A DNA stretch of 64,000 nucleotides. It comes from Eledone cirrhosa. Lineage: Eukaryota. Below are positions 24,058 through 36,108 of the stretch, piece after piece; the first letter of the stretch is position 1, and each line of letters opens with the position of its first letter. The position numbers and the translations under genes were made by a program. The notes beneath the pieces were generated by a model that was not told the DNA's origin, searched no databases, and saw only the letters and a list, made by a program, of their open reading frames with translations. The DNA lies in assembly GCA_964016885.1 (NCBI GenBank), contig OZ024742.1:202926001-202990000 (forward strand), given 5' to 3'.

Positions 24058-24694
24058 ATACACGTGTTTAGATATTCATATTCAGGCAATTATGCCATTC
24101 AAATGTCAGAAAGACATAATGGATGAAAGAGAGAATGTGAAGTAAAACTTCAGCTGAAAGCACACGGTTAGATTAGATAGAATGAACTTTATGTCATTTG
24201 ATGGGGTGATAGGAACCAGTGCTTACATACTAATAAGCTAATAGTACATATAGCTTATTGTGTAAACCATATACACCAATATATGAATAATTACTACTGT
24301 AGATGGAAGCCTTATTCTATAGGGGTATCTTAACAGATATTCTAACCTATTGTTTACAGTAATTAACTGTTGCAATTGTTTCTGCATTTGGGATTACTAC
24401 ATATTCAAATCACCCAATGCTTAGATAAATAATTTTATATATATATACAAGTATACATATACATTATTACACACACACATATACATATATATAAAGATAG
24501 AACCAGATGAAACTAGTTAGACCATTATTCAACTTGAGTCGAGGCCCGATGGCTGAGCTCTTTCCGTTTCAACAGCTAGTTCCAGATGTGTGTATGTGTA
24601 TCTATCTATCTATTATATAACGAAGGAAATGTGGTAAGGAACCAGGTGAACCATAACGCACCAAAGTACTCAATACTTAGGGTAGTAGAGTGGG

Positions 24695-24813
24695 TAATAG
24701 GAACAAGTAAGACCCCGACGGCTGAGCTCAAGCCGTTTCGACGGCTAATTCGTTCAGAATTAGCCGTCGAAACGGCTTGAGCTCAGCCATCGGGGTCTTA
24801 CTTGTTCCTATTA
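24695..24813. repeat. Near-perfect palindrome (57-bp arms, 5-nt loop) containing the 3' half of a hammerhead
   Basis: Arms differ at one position; each strand reads hairpin-GAAA-CGGCT TGAGCTC AGCC(G/A)-TC-GGGGTC. Confidence 0.9.
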
Positions 24814-24864
24814 TCTATTATATATATATATATAGTTAGCTAATAAACAACATCAGATAATTAT

Positions 24865-24935
24865 TTCATTTACCAAAGGTTTCACGAAGACAGACGAGCT
24901 TGACATTTACGTCTGCCTTCAATCATCAGAACGAA
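24865..24935 (-). ncRNA. Type I hammerhead ribozyme, canonical core
   Basis: Minus: TTCGTT-CTGATGA-t TGAAGGCAGACG (13-nt loop) CGTCTGTCTTCG t-GAAA-CC ttt GG-TA-AATGAA; stem I 6 bp, stem II 12 bp, GUA cleavage triplet. Confidence 0.78.
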
Positions 24936-24993
24936 TTTATACCTACATAGAGCACTCTCTTTTCCTTTACCTTTCCTACGGAAATACTTCATT

Positions 24994-25026
<33 letters not shown>

Positions 25027-25934
25027 GCAAATAGACACATGTTCAAATATGTTCCAACTATATTTAAAATTTTGAAAAACAAATTTTAGAGTCCAAATTA
25101 CAATGACCCAACTTAAATAATAATAATAATAATGAAATTATTGTGTAAAGTGCTCAGGTGCACTACAACTCGTCAAAGGTGCATGTATAGTACATAGAAT
25201 AATATACAAATGTCAGGGAAGTGAATAGTGTATGAGTCATGATATACATGTGGGTATGTGTGTGGAGGGGGAACATTAGGTGTAGTGTTGGCAAATCTCA
25301 GGAAGCATGGAGGTTTTAAACTTATAACAGTCCATTAATCACTATGTCTCATTGTACACCATCTGCTTTTTATTTGTGACAAGATCAATATTTGAGAACA
25401 GTGTGGTGCTGTAATTTAAAAAGATCTGGTATATCTTAAGCTCAGAAGCTAAAATTTACCTCTGAGGTTTTGTTCAAGATAAGCTCCTTAACATACAGGA
25501 TTTTTAAGGCTTCAACAGTACAATGGTGTTTAACATTTTCTGATACCATTATAAGATCTAGTCTTTGCAAAGGTCTCCCAATATAATCCATATTGAATGT
25601 TCCTCTTTTTCAAGCACTAGGTGCTATGTGTGAATGAAGATATATTCCTTCTAAATGGATTTCGAAATGAATGGTTGTGCATATATCTTAGTCAATACAT
25701 ACAATTGTATTTGGGCATGTGTATTTCAATATATTCATGTGTGTTATTGTAAATATATATATTTGTATTTATGATTACTATAAATGTATATTCATAATTG
25801 ACAATTGAAGTATAAGTTAGTAATAATATTTGTAACACAAGTAGTTTTCTTATATATCTTTTATACTGACCATTTATTTTTATTGAGTCTTATCATAATT
25901 ATTACATTTATTTATTACTATTGTTATAGTTATT

Positions 25935-27293
25935 ATCTAAACTATAATAAAGCAAGGGCTGCAGGACTGTGTACGGTTTATTTCTTTTAATCCAGTTAGT
26001 AAAATAAGTTGGATTACTTTGAATAAATAATTGTTTCTACTTTTGGCACAAGGCCAGCAATTACCCAATGCATTACTGGTACTTTATTCTATCGACCCCG
26101 GAAGGATGAAAAGCAAAGTTAACCTCGGCGGGATTTGAACTCAGATCATACAGGGAGGTAACTCTATGCTTCAAAGCATGGCATCTGATCCTTTACCGAA
26201 ATTTAGCACATAAGTTATGTAATATTCATTCATTACTTTGAATAAATAATGAATGAATATTACATAACTTATGTGCTAAATTTCGTAAACAAATAATTTT
26301 GTAAAAATAAATAATCTTTTCAAAGTTGCACTTCCGGTATATCGTCGCCACCACCACCACTTCAACTACCATATATAGAGAAAGAGAGAGTGTGTGATGA
26401 GAGAGATAAAGAGATTATGATTTTCTACACACTGACACACATGAGTGTGCACATGCATACATCTATATGTATGAGTATATAACTATTATTAGTATATAAC
26501 TATAATCGCGCAATCACAAACTTATAAAAATACACACTCACGGACATTCACACAAATACACATACATTCACACATACTTTCACACAAACATACATACATG
26601 CACACATATACATTTACACAAACACCCACATACAGTCATGATAGCATCAGGTTTAATTGGAAATGGGAGGGTAAAACAAGTATAACGTTTTATTAGCATG
26701 TGTAGTGTGTATATTGATATTATACGCAAGTATATATGCATGTAGATATGATACATCAAACAAAACCGTAATTGACAATATACACAGAAATTGAACGAAG
26801 ACTGTTACACTGTTTTCTGTAAATAGAAATGTATTCCATGATACATTAGAAAAAGACAATATTATATATCTGCTAGCATGTGTAGTGTGTATATTGATAT
26901 TATATGCATGTAGATATGATCAAATAAAATCGTAATTGACAATATACACAGAAATTGAACGAAGACTGTGTTACACTGTCTTATGTAATCCATGATACAT
27001 TAAAAAAGACAATATTATATATAAACTGCATTAGGAGAAAATTAGTGACAGAAATATATGAATATTTATTTAAACGATCGCTAACCGGAAGTGTTGACAT
27101 TTGAAAATTTTAAAGAAGTGAATCTTTAAATAAGTAATAAAATATATTTAATGAACAGCCACGAAATTTAGTAGATAAATTATGTAATATTCATTCATTA
27201 TTTTTTCAAAGTAATCCAACTTATTTTACTAAGGGGATCAAAAATTATAAACCATACACAGTCCCGCGCTTCTTACTTTATTATAGTTTAGAT
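25935..27293. mobile_element. About 1.36-kb element with about 200-bp imperfect terminal inverted repeats
   Basis: ATCTAAACTATAATAAAG..GGACTGTGTAYGGTTTAT..TTAGTAAAATAAGTTGGATTACTTTGAA..CACTTCCGGT mirrored at 27084-27293; internal about 180-bp tandem duplication at 26690-27020. Confidence 0.75.
26026..26197 (-). mobile_element. tRNA-headed SINE family B (Meta-domain-like body), 5'-truncated
   Basis: Minus: GAGTTCAAATC B box, TTTCATCCTTCCGGGGTCGATAGAATAAAGTACCAG body, CTTGTGCCAAAAGTAGAAACAATTA tail; duplicated flank ATTACTTTGAATAAATAAT. Confidence 0.85.
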
Positions 27294-27360
27294 TAAGCAC
27301 TGTTGTACGCCCATTGATTAGATATATATAAATGTAATAGCATATTAATTATGTCTGATG

Positions 27361-27408
<48 letters not shown>

Positions 27409-27421
27409 TACATACCACACC

Positions 27422-27820
27422 ACACACAAATTGTCTTCCGAAGTTAGTGAAGCTATTATTAATCCTCCCCGGGTGAAGTAACTTGCAAATTCTTCGTAAT
27501 TCATGAAATGCAATAATACATCTAACGGACACAGACACAAATATATCTATTCATACATAGACATAAATATAGGCGAAGTCTGGACCGAAGTGCGCATGCG
27601 GGAAGTCCGGTCCGGAGTGCGCATGCGCGATGATCAGTTTGTACTGTACATGCGCGAAGGCCGGTCCGTACTGCGCTAATATTTATATATATAGACACAC
27701 ATACATACTGCACACAAATCATCTTCCGTGGTTTGTGAAGCTATTATTAATCCTCCCCGAATGAAGAAACTTGAAAATTCTTTGTAATTCTTGAAATGCA
27801 ATTATCAATCTAACGGACAC
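27422..27820. repeat. About 110-bp direct repeats flanking a GCGCATGCG-rich core
   Basis: CACACAAAT..TCTTCCG..GTGAAGCTATTATTAATCCTCCCC..TCTAACGGACAC at 27422-27531 and 27711-27820. Confidence 0.75.
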
Positions 27821-27974
27821 ACTCTCTAGAATAGATATATTTGTGTGTGTGTGTGAGAGAGAGAGGTAGATAGACAGGTAGGTTGGCAGGTAGATAGATA
27901 GGTTGATAGATTGATACTTAGATATATAGGTAGTTAGATAGAAAGATAGACAATAGTGTGGTTATCTGTATATG

Positions 27975-28280
27975 TGGGCACATGGCTTGCATTGGGCTTG
28001 CATTCGAAAGGTTGTGAGTTCAATTCTCAGACCGAGTGATGTGTTGTTTCCTTGAGCAAGACACTTTATTTCACATTGCTCCAGTTTACTCAGCTGTAGA
28101 AATGAGATGATAGGGACTGGGTTCCCTATTATTCCACTGCAAAGTGGTCGTGGAGGCGCCACGGAAAAAAAGCACCCAGCACTCACTGTAAATGAGGTTG
28201 GTGTTAGGAAGGGCATCCAGCTGTAGAAATCAAGCCAGAATAAGTTCCCGTCCCACCCTTGCAAGCAGGGAAAAACGGAC
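27975..28280 (+). mobile_element. SINE family A
   Basis: Matches the 22935 copy with a small deletion in the head; (GAT)n tail. Confidence 0.9.
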
Positions 28281-29032
28281 GTAAGATGATGATGATGATG
28301 TGGCTGTGTGTATGTATGTGAAGATGTGGAAATAAGGAAAGGATAATTTACTTCAGTACCAATGATTCAATCCACAGGTATATATTCTTTTTACCATTGC
28401 ATAAGTACATAGACTCACTCACACACGTATATATATATATATATGTGTGTGGTGTGTTTATATGTGTGTATGTGTATATGTGTGTGTGCATAAGTGTTTA
28501 TGCGTATATATATATGTGTGTGCATCTGTTTGTTTATGTGTGTGTGTGCATATGTGTGTTACTGTATCTGTGTATGTGTGCATATGTGGTGTGTGCGTTT
28601 ATGTCCGTGTGTGTCTCATGATTGTAATGTTGAGAGTTCAAATCCCATCAATGCATTGTGTTCTTGAGCAAGACACTTTATTTCACCTTTCTTCTCTCCA
28701 CTGAAGTAAAAAAAAGTGTACTCTGCCAGTAAGTCGAAGAACCAATGTAGTCCCACCCTGAAACCCTCCATTATATGTGTCTATGGAATGCTCAGACACT
28801 CTCACCTTAATTTCAGGCAGTTCCATTTGAGAAACCTATCTGGAAGAAACCTCGTCACAAGCGCTAGGGTACCATCATACATATGAACACAGACACACAC
28901 TCACGTTTCAAAGAGAATAGAAGAGATCAATAAAATAAGTACTAGATTTTAAAATATATGTACTGGAATTGAGGTCAAGAAAATCCTTTAATTGTGTACC
29001 CCAGCATGGGCACAGTCTATCGTCTGAAACAA

Positions 29033-32000
29033 GTGCAGGCCGGAGAATTGTTCTTCCTCCTTCAATCTATGATTCCCCTCGCTTCTACAGTGAGTGCTTT
29101 CAGAATTCGATGACTGCAGTTTGACACATGGTAAAGCCATCTTATTTCATCACGATAACAACTAACCCTAACTGGGATGAAATAAAAAATAGTTTGCACC
29201 CTGGTGAAAAACCTAGTGACCATCCTGATATTTGTGCAAGTCTTCAAGATCAAGTATGACAGCCTCATGGATGATTACTGAAAAAAAATGTCCCAGGAAA
29301 AGTTGTGGCTCATTCTGCTACAATAGAGTGGCCTCACTCATGCTCATATTCTGCTGATAATGGCTGAAGTTAGCAAGCCCAAAACTGCTGATGCCATTGA
29401 TCAGATAGTGTACTGTGAGATTTCTGATAAAGAGACCAATCCAATTCTGCATAAGATCATCACATCCTGCAACATTCATGGCTCTGGTGGACAAGCTAAT
29501 ATGATGTGCTCATGTATGGAAGGGCTAGGACAACAACGCCATTGCTCAAAAAGTTATCCCAAGGCATTCAGACAAACCACATTTGTTGCCGAAAATTCCT
29601 TTCCGGAGTATAGCAGAAGGGATAGACAGCTTAGTGGTAACACCCATACAATCCAACTGAAAGGTCAAGAATTTACTGTTGATAATCGTTGGATTGTTCC
29701 ATACAACCCTTTCCTCTCATTGAGATATCAGTGCCACATCAATTGTGAGGTTGTCCACAGTGTCAAGGCTGTTAAGTACTTATATAAGTACATCACAAAA
29801 GGATCAGACAAGATCACTTTCACTATTAAGGATGATCAAGGAAATTGTGTCCATGCCTAAAATGAGATTGAGACCTATATCAATGCATGGTACATCTCAG
29901 CCAGTGAAGCATTCTGGAGAATCTATAAATTTCCATTACATCATCGAAAACCGCCAGTTGAAAAGTTACCTTGCCATTTACCTGGAGAACAAATGGTCGT
30001 GTATGAGCGAGGGCAGGAAGAAAGTATTGTTTCTAGGGGAGAGCCAATGACTAAGTTGACGGAATATTTTCAACTGAATATTAGAGATCCACTGGCACAA
30101 AACATATTGTATATTGATATTCCTAGATATTTCACTTGGACAAACAAAAAGTGGCAAAGAAGAAAAAAGGGACATCTGGATGGTGATCAACAATTTATGA
30201 GTGAATCTCTTGGACACATTCCAACAGTATCTCTCAGTAGACATCAATCTGAATTATATTACCTCAGGATGATCCTACATCACAAGGCTAGGTCAACTTC
30301 ATACAAAGAGTTGAGAACAATTGAAGGAGTTGAATTTCCAACATTCCAAGAAGCATGCAGGAAACTTGGTCTGTTAGATAAAGATGGAGAAAAAGACAAA
30401 GCTATGGAAGAGGCCTTATCCATTACGCATGGTCTTCAGCTGTGAGAGATTTTCTGCACCATTTTATTGTACAGCATGCCAAATGACCCTCTGCAGTTCT
30501 GGGAGAAATGGAAGAATTGTCTTGTAGAGGATATCATGCAAGTCATGTCCATGCAAACCGTGCAGATTCGCCAACATTGAATCTTGAGCAACTGGTTATT
30601 TTTCACAAAGTAATCACCTCTGTATATGAAAATGAAGGCAGAATTTTCTGCTTGAATGCAAGTGGAGGTACAGGAAAGACCTACGTCATAAACATCCTAT
30701 TTGATTACCTCCAATCTAAAAAGAAAAATTGCACTTGCCACTACCATATCTGGAATAACAGCCACTTTGCTACACAAAGATAGAACTCTTCATTCCAAGT
30801 GCAAGATTCCTGTCAATGTGACTGCTGAATCAACTTGCTTCTTCACAAAGAGCGATGACACAGGTAAACTTATGCAGCAAGCTGACCTGCTAATCATTGA
30901 TGAGATAGGTATGGGACATAAGCATATCTTTGAATGCCTTGACAGGAGCTTCAAAGATGTTCGAGATTTCAAAAAGCCATTTGGTGGTATTACTATCTGG
31001 TGACTGGAAGCAAATTCTTCCAGTTGTACGTCATGGTGTTAGACCACAAATAGTTGAGGCAACCATCAAGAGATCCTATCTCTGGGACTATGTAGAAACC
31101 ATGGAGATGACAACCAATCAACGGTTAATTAATGCAGAGGATTCTGATGAAAGACAGTTTGCAAACTACCTTCTTGATGTGAGAAATGGTAACATTCCAA
31201 CTGTAGGTGCATTCACAATTCTTCTGCCAAATGAACTTTATCTTGAATATGGTAATGTGACTGTGTGATTTTATGTATACAAATCTTCCAAGAAACTACA
31301 CAAACCCACTATGGCTTGCAAATAGAGCCATTATCACTCCAGCAAATTATGCAGTAAGATTGGTGAATGAGTTCATGGTCAACAAGGTCCCTGGTCATAA
31401 GATAATCTACAGAAGCTCTGATACAGTAGATAATTATTTCTACTTTTGGCACAAGGCCAGCAATTATCGCAGTGTATTACTGGTACTTTATTTTATCGAC
31501 CCTGTAAGGATGAAAGGCAAAGTTAACCTCAGCAGGATTTGAACTCAGAATGGCAAGCGACGTAACTCTATGTGTCAAAGCATAGTGTCCGACCCTCTAC
31601 CGATACTGCCAATCCAGGTAGATAATGAACTGCAATATCCAATTGAGTTCATCAACAAACTTACCCCATCAGGCTTCCCAACACACATACTTAAACTGAA
31701 GAAAGGCAGTTTCATCATGCTTCTGAGAAATCTGGATCCTCTAAACGGGCATTGCAATGGTACACACTACATCACCATCAGTTTACATAATCATGTAATT
31801 GAAGCTGAAGTGGTATTGGGTCTCAATGCTGGAACACGGTTGCCACATGTATCTCAAGAGCTTGAGTTCCCTTTCACCTTTACTCGCAAGCAATTTCCTG
31901 TCAAACCAACCTTTGCCCGTTATATGCAACAAGGCACAAGGGCAGACATTTGAAAAGACAGGTGTATATCTACCAACACAATTCTTCTCACATGGTCAGA

Positions 32001-32571
32001 TGTATGTTGCATTATCATGAGTTACAAAAAAAGAAAATATTAAAATATTAAATGAAAGGGGTCTGTTTGCTGACAACTGTTTCTACAAAGAAATTCTACA
32101 GCGATGTGAAACAACTATCACTCTCTTTTAGTTGAAATGCATTTCAATTTCTTTTTAACTGCTAGAAAAGGGACACTACAAAAACTGAAGAAGTCTATAT
32201 GTGAATACAGTAAAACAACAATATAGCGAAGGTCAACTCTTCATATTGGTAAATGTAATTCATTCATACCAGCAGCATCTATTTTCAAATTCACTGCTTG
32301 AAGCTTCCCATCGACATTCTCAAGTGAAGATTCATGAACATTTTCCGTCAACAGTTTCATTGCTTTTCCATCTCCATTATCGCCTTTTTTTTAAAAATGT
32401 ATCATGGATTACTTTACTGATTACAGAAGTAAGTGTAACACAGTCTTTGTTCAGTTTATGTGCATATTGTCAATTTACGTATTATATCTATGTGCATATA
32501 TATTTGCATATATCAATAAATACTCTATAAATGCTAGCAGAAAACTGCCCGAAGGGCGGTTCTTGTGCTAG
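29033..32571 (+). mobile_element. Decayed autonomous-type Helitron (Rep HUH + Pif1-like helicase), 5'-truncated, intact 3' end
   Basis: GRRIVLPPS..SPR, FITITTNPNWDEI, HAHILL, VDNRWIVPYNPFLSLRYQCHINCE, KYLYKYITKGSD; helicase GGTGKT, LLIIDEI, GDWKQILPVV, MLLRNLD..GHCNGT, QFPV, KAQGQT, FSHGQMYVALS; many stops and frameshifts; 3' hairpin ACTGCCC-GAA-GGGCGGT then CTAG|T. Confidence 0.95.
31435..31617 (-). mobile_element. SINE family B inserted in the Helitron helicase
   Basis: 9-bp TSD GTAGATAAT (31426-31434 and 31618-31626); removing it restores SSDTVDN-ELQYPIEF. Confidence 0.9.
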
Positions 32572-33899
32572 TTATTAATGATATCATGAGGTTTGTAGAC
32601 TGACAGAATCAGTAGAGCATCAGACAACCTACTTTGTGGCATATTGTTGTGACCCTTTACGTTCTCAGTTCAAATATCGCTGCAGTTAGGTTTGCCTTTC
32701 ATCTTTATGTGGTCGATAAAATAAAGCACCAGTAATGCACTGGGGTCGATTTCCTTGACTTTCTCCTTCTCTATAAATTGCTGCCCTTGTGCCGAAAAGT
32801 AAAAACAATTTTTAATCTCCTCATCAGTCTTATTTTTATTGTGTCATCACTGCATTACTGAGCACAGCTCTGTGTGTCTTGAGCATTATCATTATTTTAT
32901 AACTTTGCCTTTCATCCTTACGGGGTCGATAAAATAAAGTACCAGTAATGTACTGGGTAATTGCTGGCCTTGTGCCTAAAATAGAAACAATTATTTTATA
33001 TGTTGTAATAAAGGCTTGACTCCTGCCAAACAAATGGTTGGGAGGGCCCTTCAGTTCTGTCAAGAACATGGTGATCTACATGATAAATGCACCCAGTACA
33101 TGCTGTAAATTGTTTGGTGAGAGGAAGGGCATTCAGCTGTAGGAAGCTTGCTAAACAAAGGGTCGGGAGGACCTTTCAGTTATGTCAAAGACATGACAAT
33201 CTCTCTTGTGTACTCAGTAGAACATGAGAGTGTATATAAGCGAGAGGCAGACACCGCCAGCCTGTCTGGGAGGTCAGTGATCCCACTTCAGTATTGACGT
33301 GGTCAATGCAGAGTTGTCCAAATCTTGCTAGCAGAGAAAGTGGAGATTAAACAATGATGATGATGATAATATTAATTATTAATTTATTCAGGTATTCAGT
33401 TTACTTAATTAATTACCATTCACTCATTAGCATGTAAGCATTGGTTCTTTTCAGCTTATCAAATGGTAACACCAATAACCTTTATTAACACTAAGTTCAT
33501 TCTGTCTAAGCTAGCTTCATGATTGCAGATGAAATTTTACCTCGTTAATCTGTTATGTCTTTTCAATTTTGAATATAATTCTTGATTCTAATATTTTGAA
33601 ATCTTTAGATCTATATTCAAAGAACTTAGAATATCTCAGTTTCAAAAGATCCCTTGAAAGGGTAAAAGAAGAGATTCTGTGCTTGAAGTTTTAATCTATT
33701 TAAAAAATATATATATATATCTGAACAAACATTGTGTGTGATGCTCGATTTTCGAACTTATTAAACACCAAGAAAATATATTTCTGAGAATCTACAGGAA
33801 GCTGACACAGAAAATAACTGCAATTATAGTCACTTGCTATAAAATAGCTTATAAAAATTGGGTAAAGACCCGTTCTTCTTCTATACATCTGTTACCAGT

Positions 33900-34225
33900 G
33901 CCATAATAAAGTTCTTCCAGCTCATCCTCTCTAACATCGCCGTCTGAATTTCTCCTGCCTTCAACACAGTTTCATCTTCAAGAACATCTTTCAGCATTGT
34001 GGTGGTCTCACAACTCATCTACATACAGCAGGCTTCCAGAAAAGGACTCTGCTAGCAGATTCATTGTGATATTTCACATGTCTGGCTAATATGAGCCTCC
34101 TCTGCCTTATGATGTCAGAAAGGCAAAGGTGTAAGCTATAGAGCAATTTCTTAGTTATGAGTGTTCTCCAGGATATGTTCTGGATCTTTCTTAGCATCCG
34201 GGTGAATGTGCCATTAATCCTCTTT
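33900..34225 (-). mobile_element. RTE/RTEX-like LINE 3' fragment
   Basis: RMLRKIQNISWRTLITKKLLY..SDIIRQRRLILARHV..ASRVLFWKP. Confidence 0.7.
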
Positions 34226-34650
34226 GTAAGTATTTGAAAGTGGAAAAATGTTGCCAGCCACTGCTACGTAAAACTCCTTTGTCGGGTGTCCCTTAGCTTA
34301 ATGGTTAGAGCACCTAGACAGTTTCTGGGAGATATGGAGTTCCATTCTTTTTCCATCTCTAAGAGTCTTTACCCAGTTTCCCCAGTTTCCATAACAACTG
34401 ACTGTAATTGCAGTTATTTTCATTGTCTGAGCTTCCTACATCTTCTTATATATTACTCTACTATATGTTCCAGCTGACAGACTGACGCCATGCTGGAGCA
34501 CTGCCATATATATATTTTTATTTATTTATTCATTGGGTTTGATTCTCTGTAGCAGCTACTGCCCCTTTTTCTGTCTATAGGGGTATTTTACCCAATTCTT
34601 TAAGCTGAGTTCACAGATATTTTCCTGTGTTTGAGATATTTTACTTTTCT

Positions 34651-34700
<50 letters not shown>

Positions 34701-35104
34701 CATTAGGAAAGGCATACAGCTATAAAAACCAAGCCAAAATCAGTTCTGTACGAGCAAGACATGAACATCTCATCTGGCTCGTCTCACAACAGGAGAACTC
34801 ATCTAACCCATGCTGGCATGAAAAGATGGACGTCAATTGATGAGGATGATATATATACTCACACATTATATACATGGGTGTTGAGTTCATTTGGCTACTA
34901 TGAATATTCCATTACTATTAAATGTAGATGCAGCAATGATGATGATGATCATGGTGATTGCAATGATGATGATTCAATTAATGAAGAGTAGTTATTTACA
35001 GCCATGAAGATGCTCTAGATTTTAGTGGAGGTATTGTTTCTAAGCCCTAAGTATGACTGATCAAGCAGACCTTATTATCTAAAATATAATAATGTAGTTT
35101 TAGT

Positions 35105-35672
35105 TATCATCATCATCATCGTTTAATGTCCATCTTCCACGCTTGCATGGGTTTGGACGGGAATTTTCCCACTTGAGGCAAGATTGGTTGTCTTGTTCGT
35201 ATAGGACTGTCTGGCGGGTTTTCTACGGCTGGATGCCCTTCCTAACACCAACCACGTTTACTGGGAGGTTTCTACCGTGTTACCTACACGGCCACATTAC
35301 AGCGTGGACTGTGTGTTTTTTTTTTTGTCGTGACACCTACACGACCTCATTTGTTTCGGACTGGATGTTGTGGTACCAACATAACTTTACATTGTAAGGG
35401 GTGGTGTGGATGGGGTGGGGTAGTGGGACGGGGGTGTATTTTTGTTAGAGGTGCCTACTGACTGTAGGTTTCGCTTTGTACTTAGGTAAGGCGGGTCTTC
35501 TGTATTACTGTGTAGCGCCAAAGGTCTCGGTCCAGTGACATTGTCTTGGGGAGGTGTAAGTGTGTGAGGTCAGAATTTATCAAGTCGTCCCAGGTTTTTC
35601 TGGGTCTGCCTACTCCGTGGCTACCGTCTATTTTTATCACCCTGCACTTTTTTATACAGCTGTCGTCTTTCT
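35105..35672 (-). mobile_element. RTE LINE 3' end (same family as 12928-13660)
   Basis: Reverse complement of the GRPRKTW/DRDLWR region plus 3' UTR and (GAT)n tail. Confidence 0.88.
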
Positions 35673-35716
35673 ATGTTTGAAATAAATGGGATAGCCACAG
35701 CAGGAATATCTTTTAA

Positions 35717-36108
35717 CCCTTTAGCATTTTCAATACCAGTCTACACTGTAAATGTGGTTGCTGATAGGAAGGGCTTTCAGTCGTAGAAAACCTGCCAGAG
35801 AGAGTTCTGTACGAGCTAGACACGGAGACACAACCATCTTGCCTCAAGTGGAACAAACCCGTCCAACCCATGCTAGCGTGGAAGATGGACATTAAACAAT
35901 GTTGATGATTACTATTATATTTTCACAGTAAAGGCTTTATTCCAGATAATTATCTCACATAATATGGAATCTACAAGATTTTGGTGATAATGATATTTAT
36001 TTTGAGAACAACAACTTAATGTCAGTATGAGTGGCCAGTTATTGCCAGTTTGAACAGAAAGAGGTGAGAGAATTCTGGCCAGATATGGTCGGTTTAAATG
36101 TTAAAGAG
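35717..36108. mobile_element. TTAA-flanked MITE containing an RTE-tail insertion
   Basis: TTAA|CCCTTTAGCATT...AATGTTAAAGAG|TTAA with an RTE 3' UTR piece at about 35740-35910. Confidence 0.75.
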
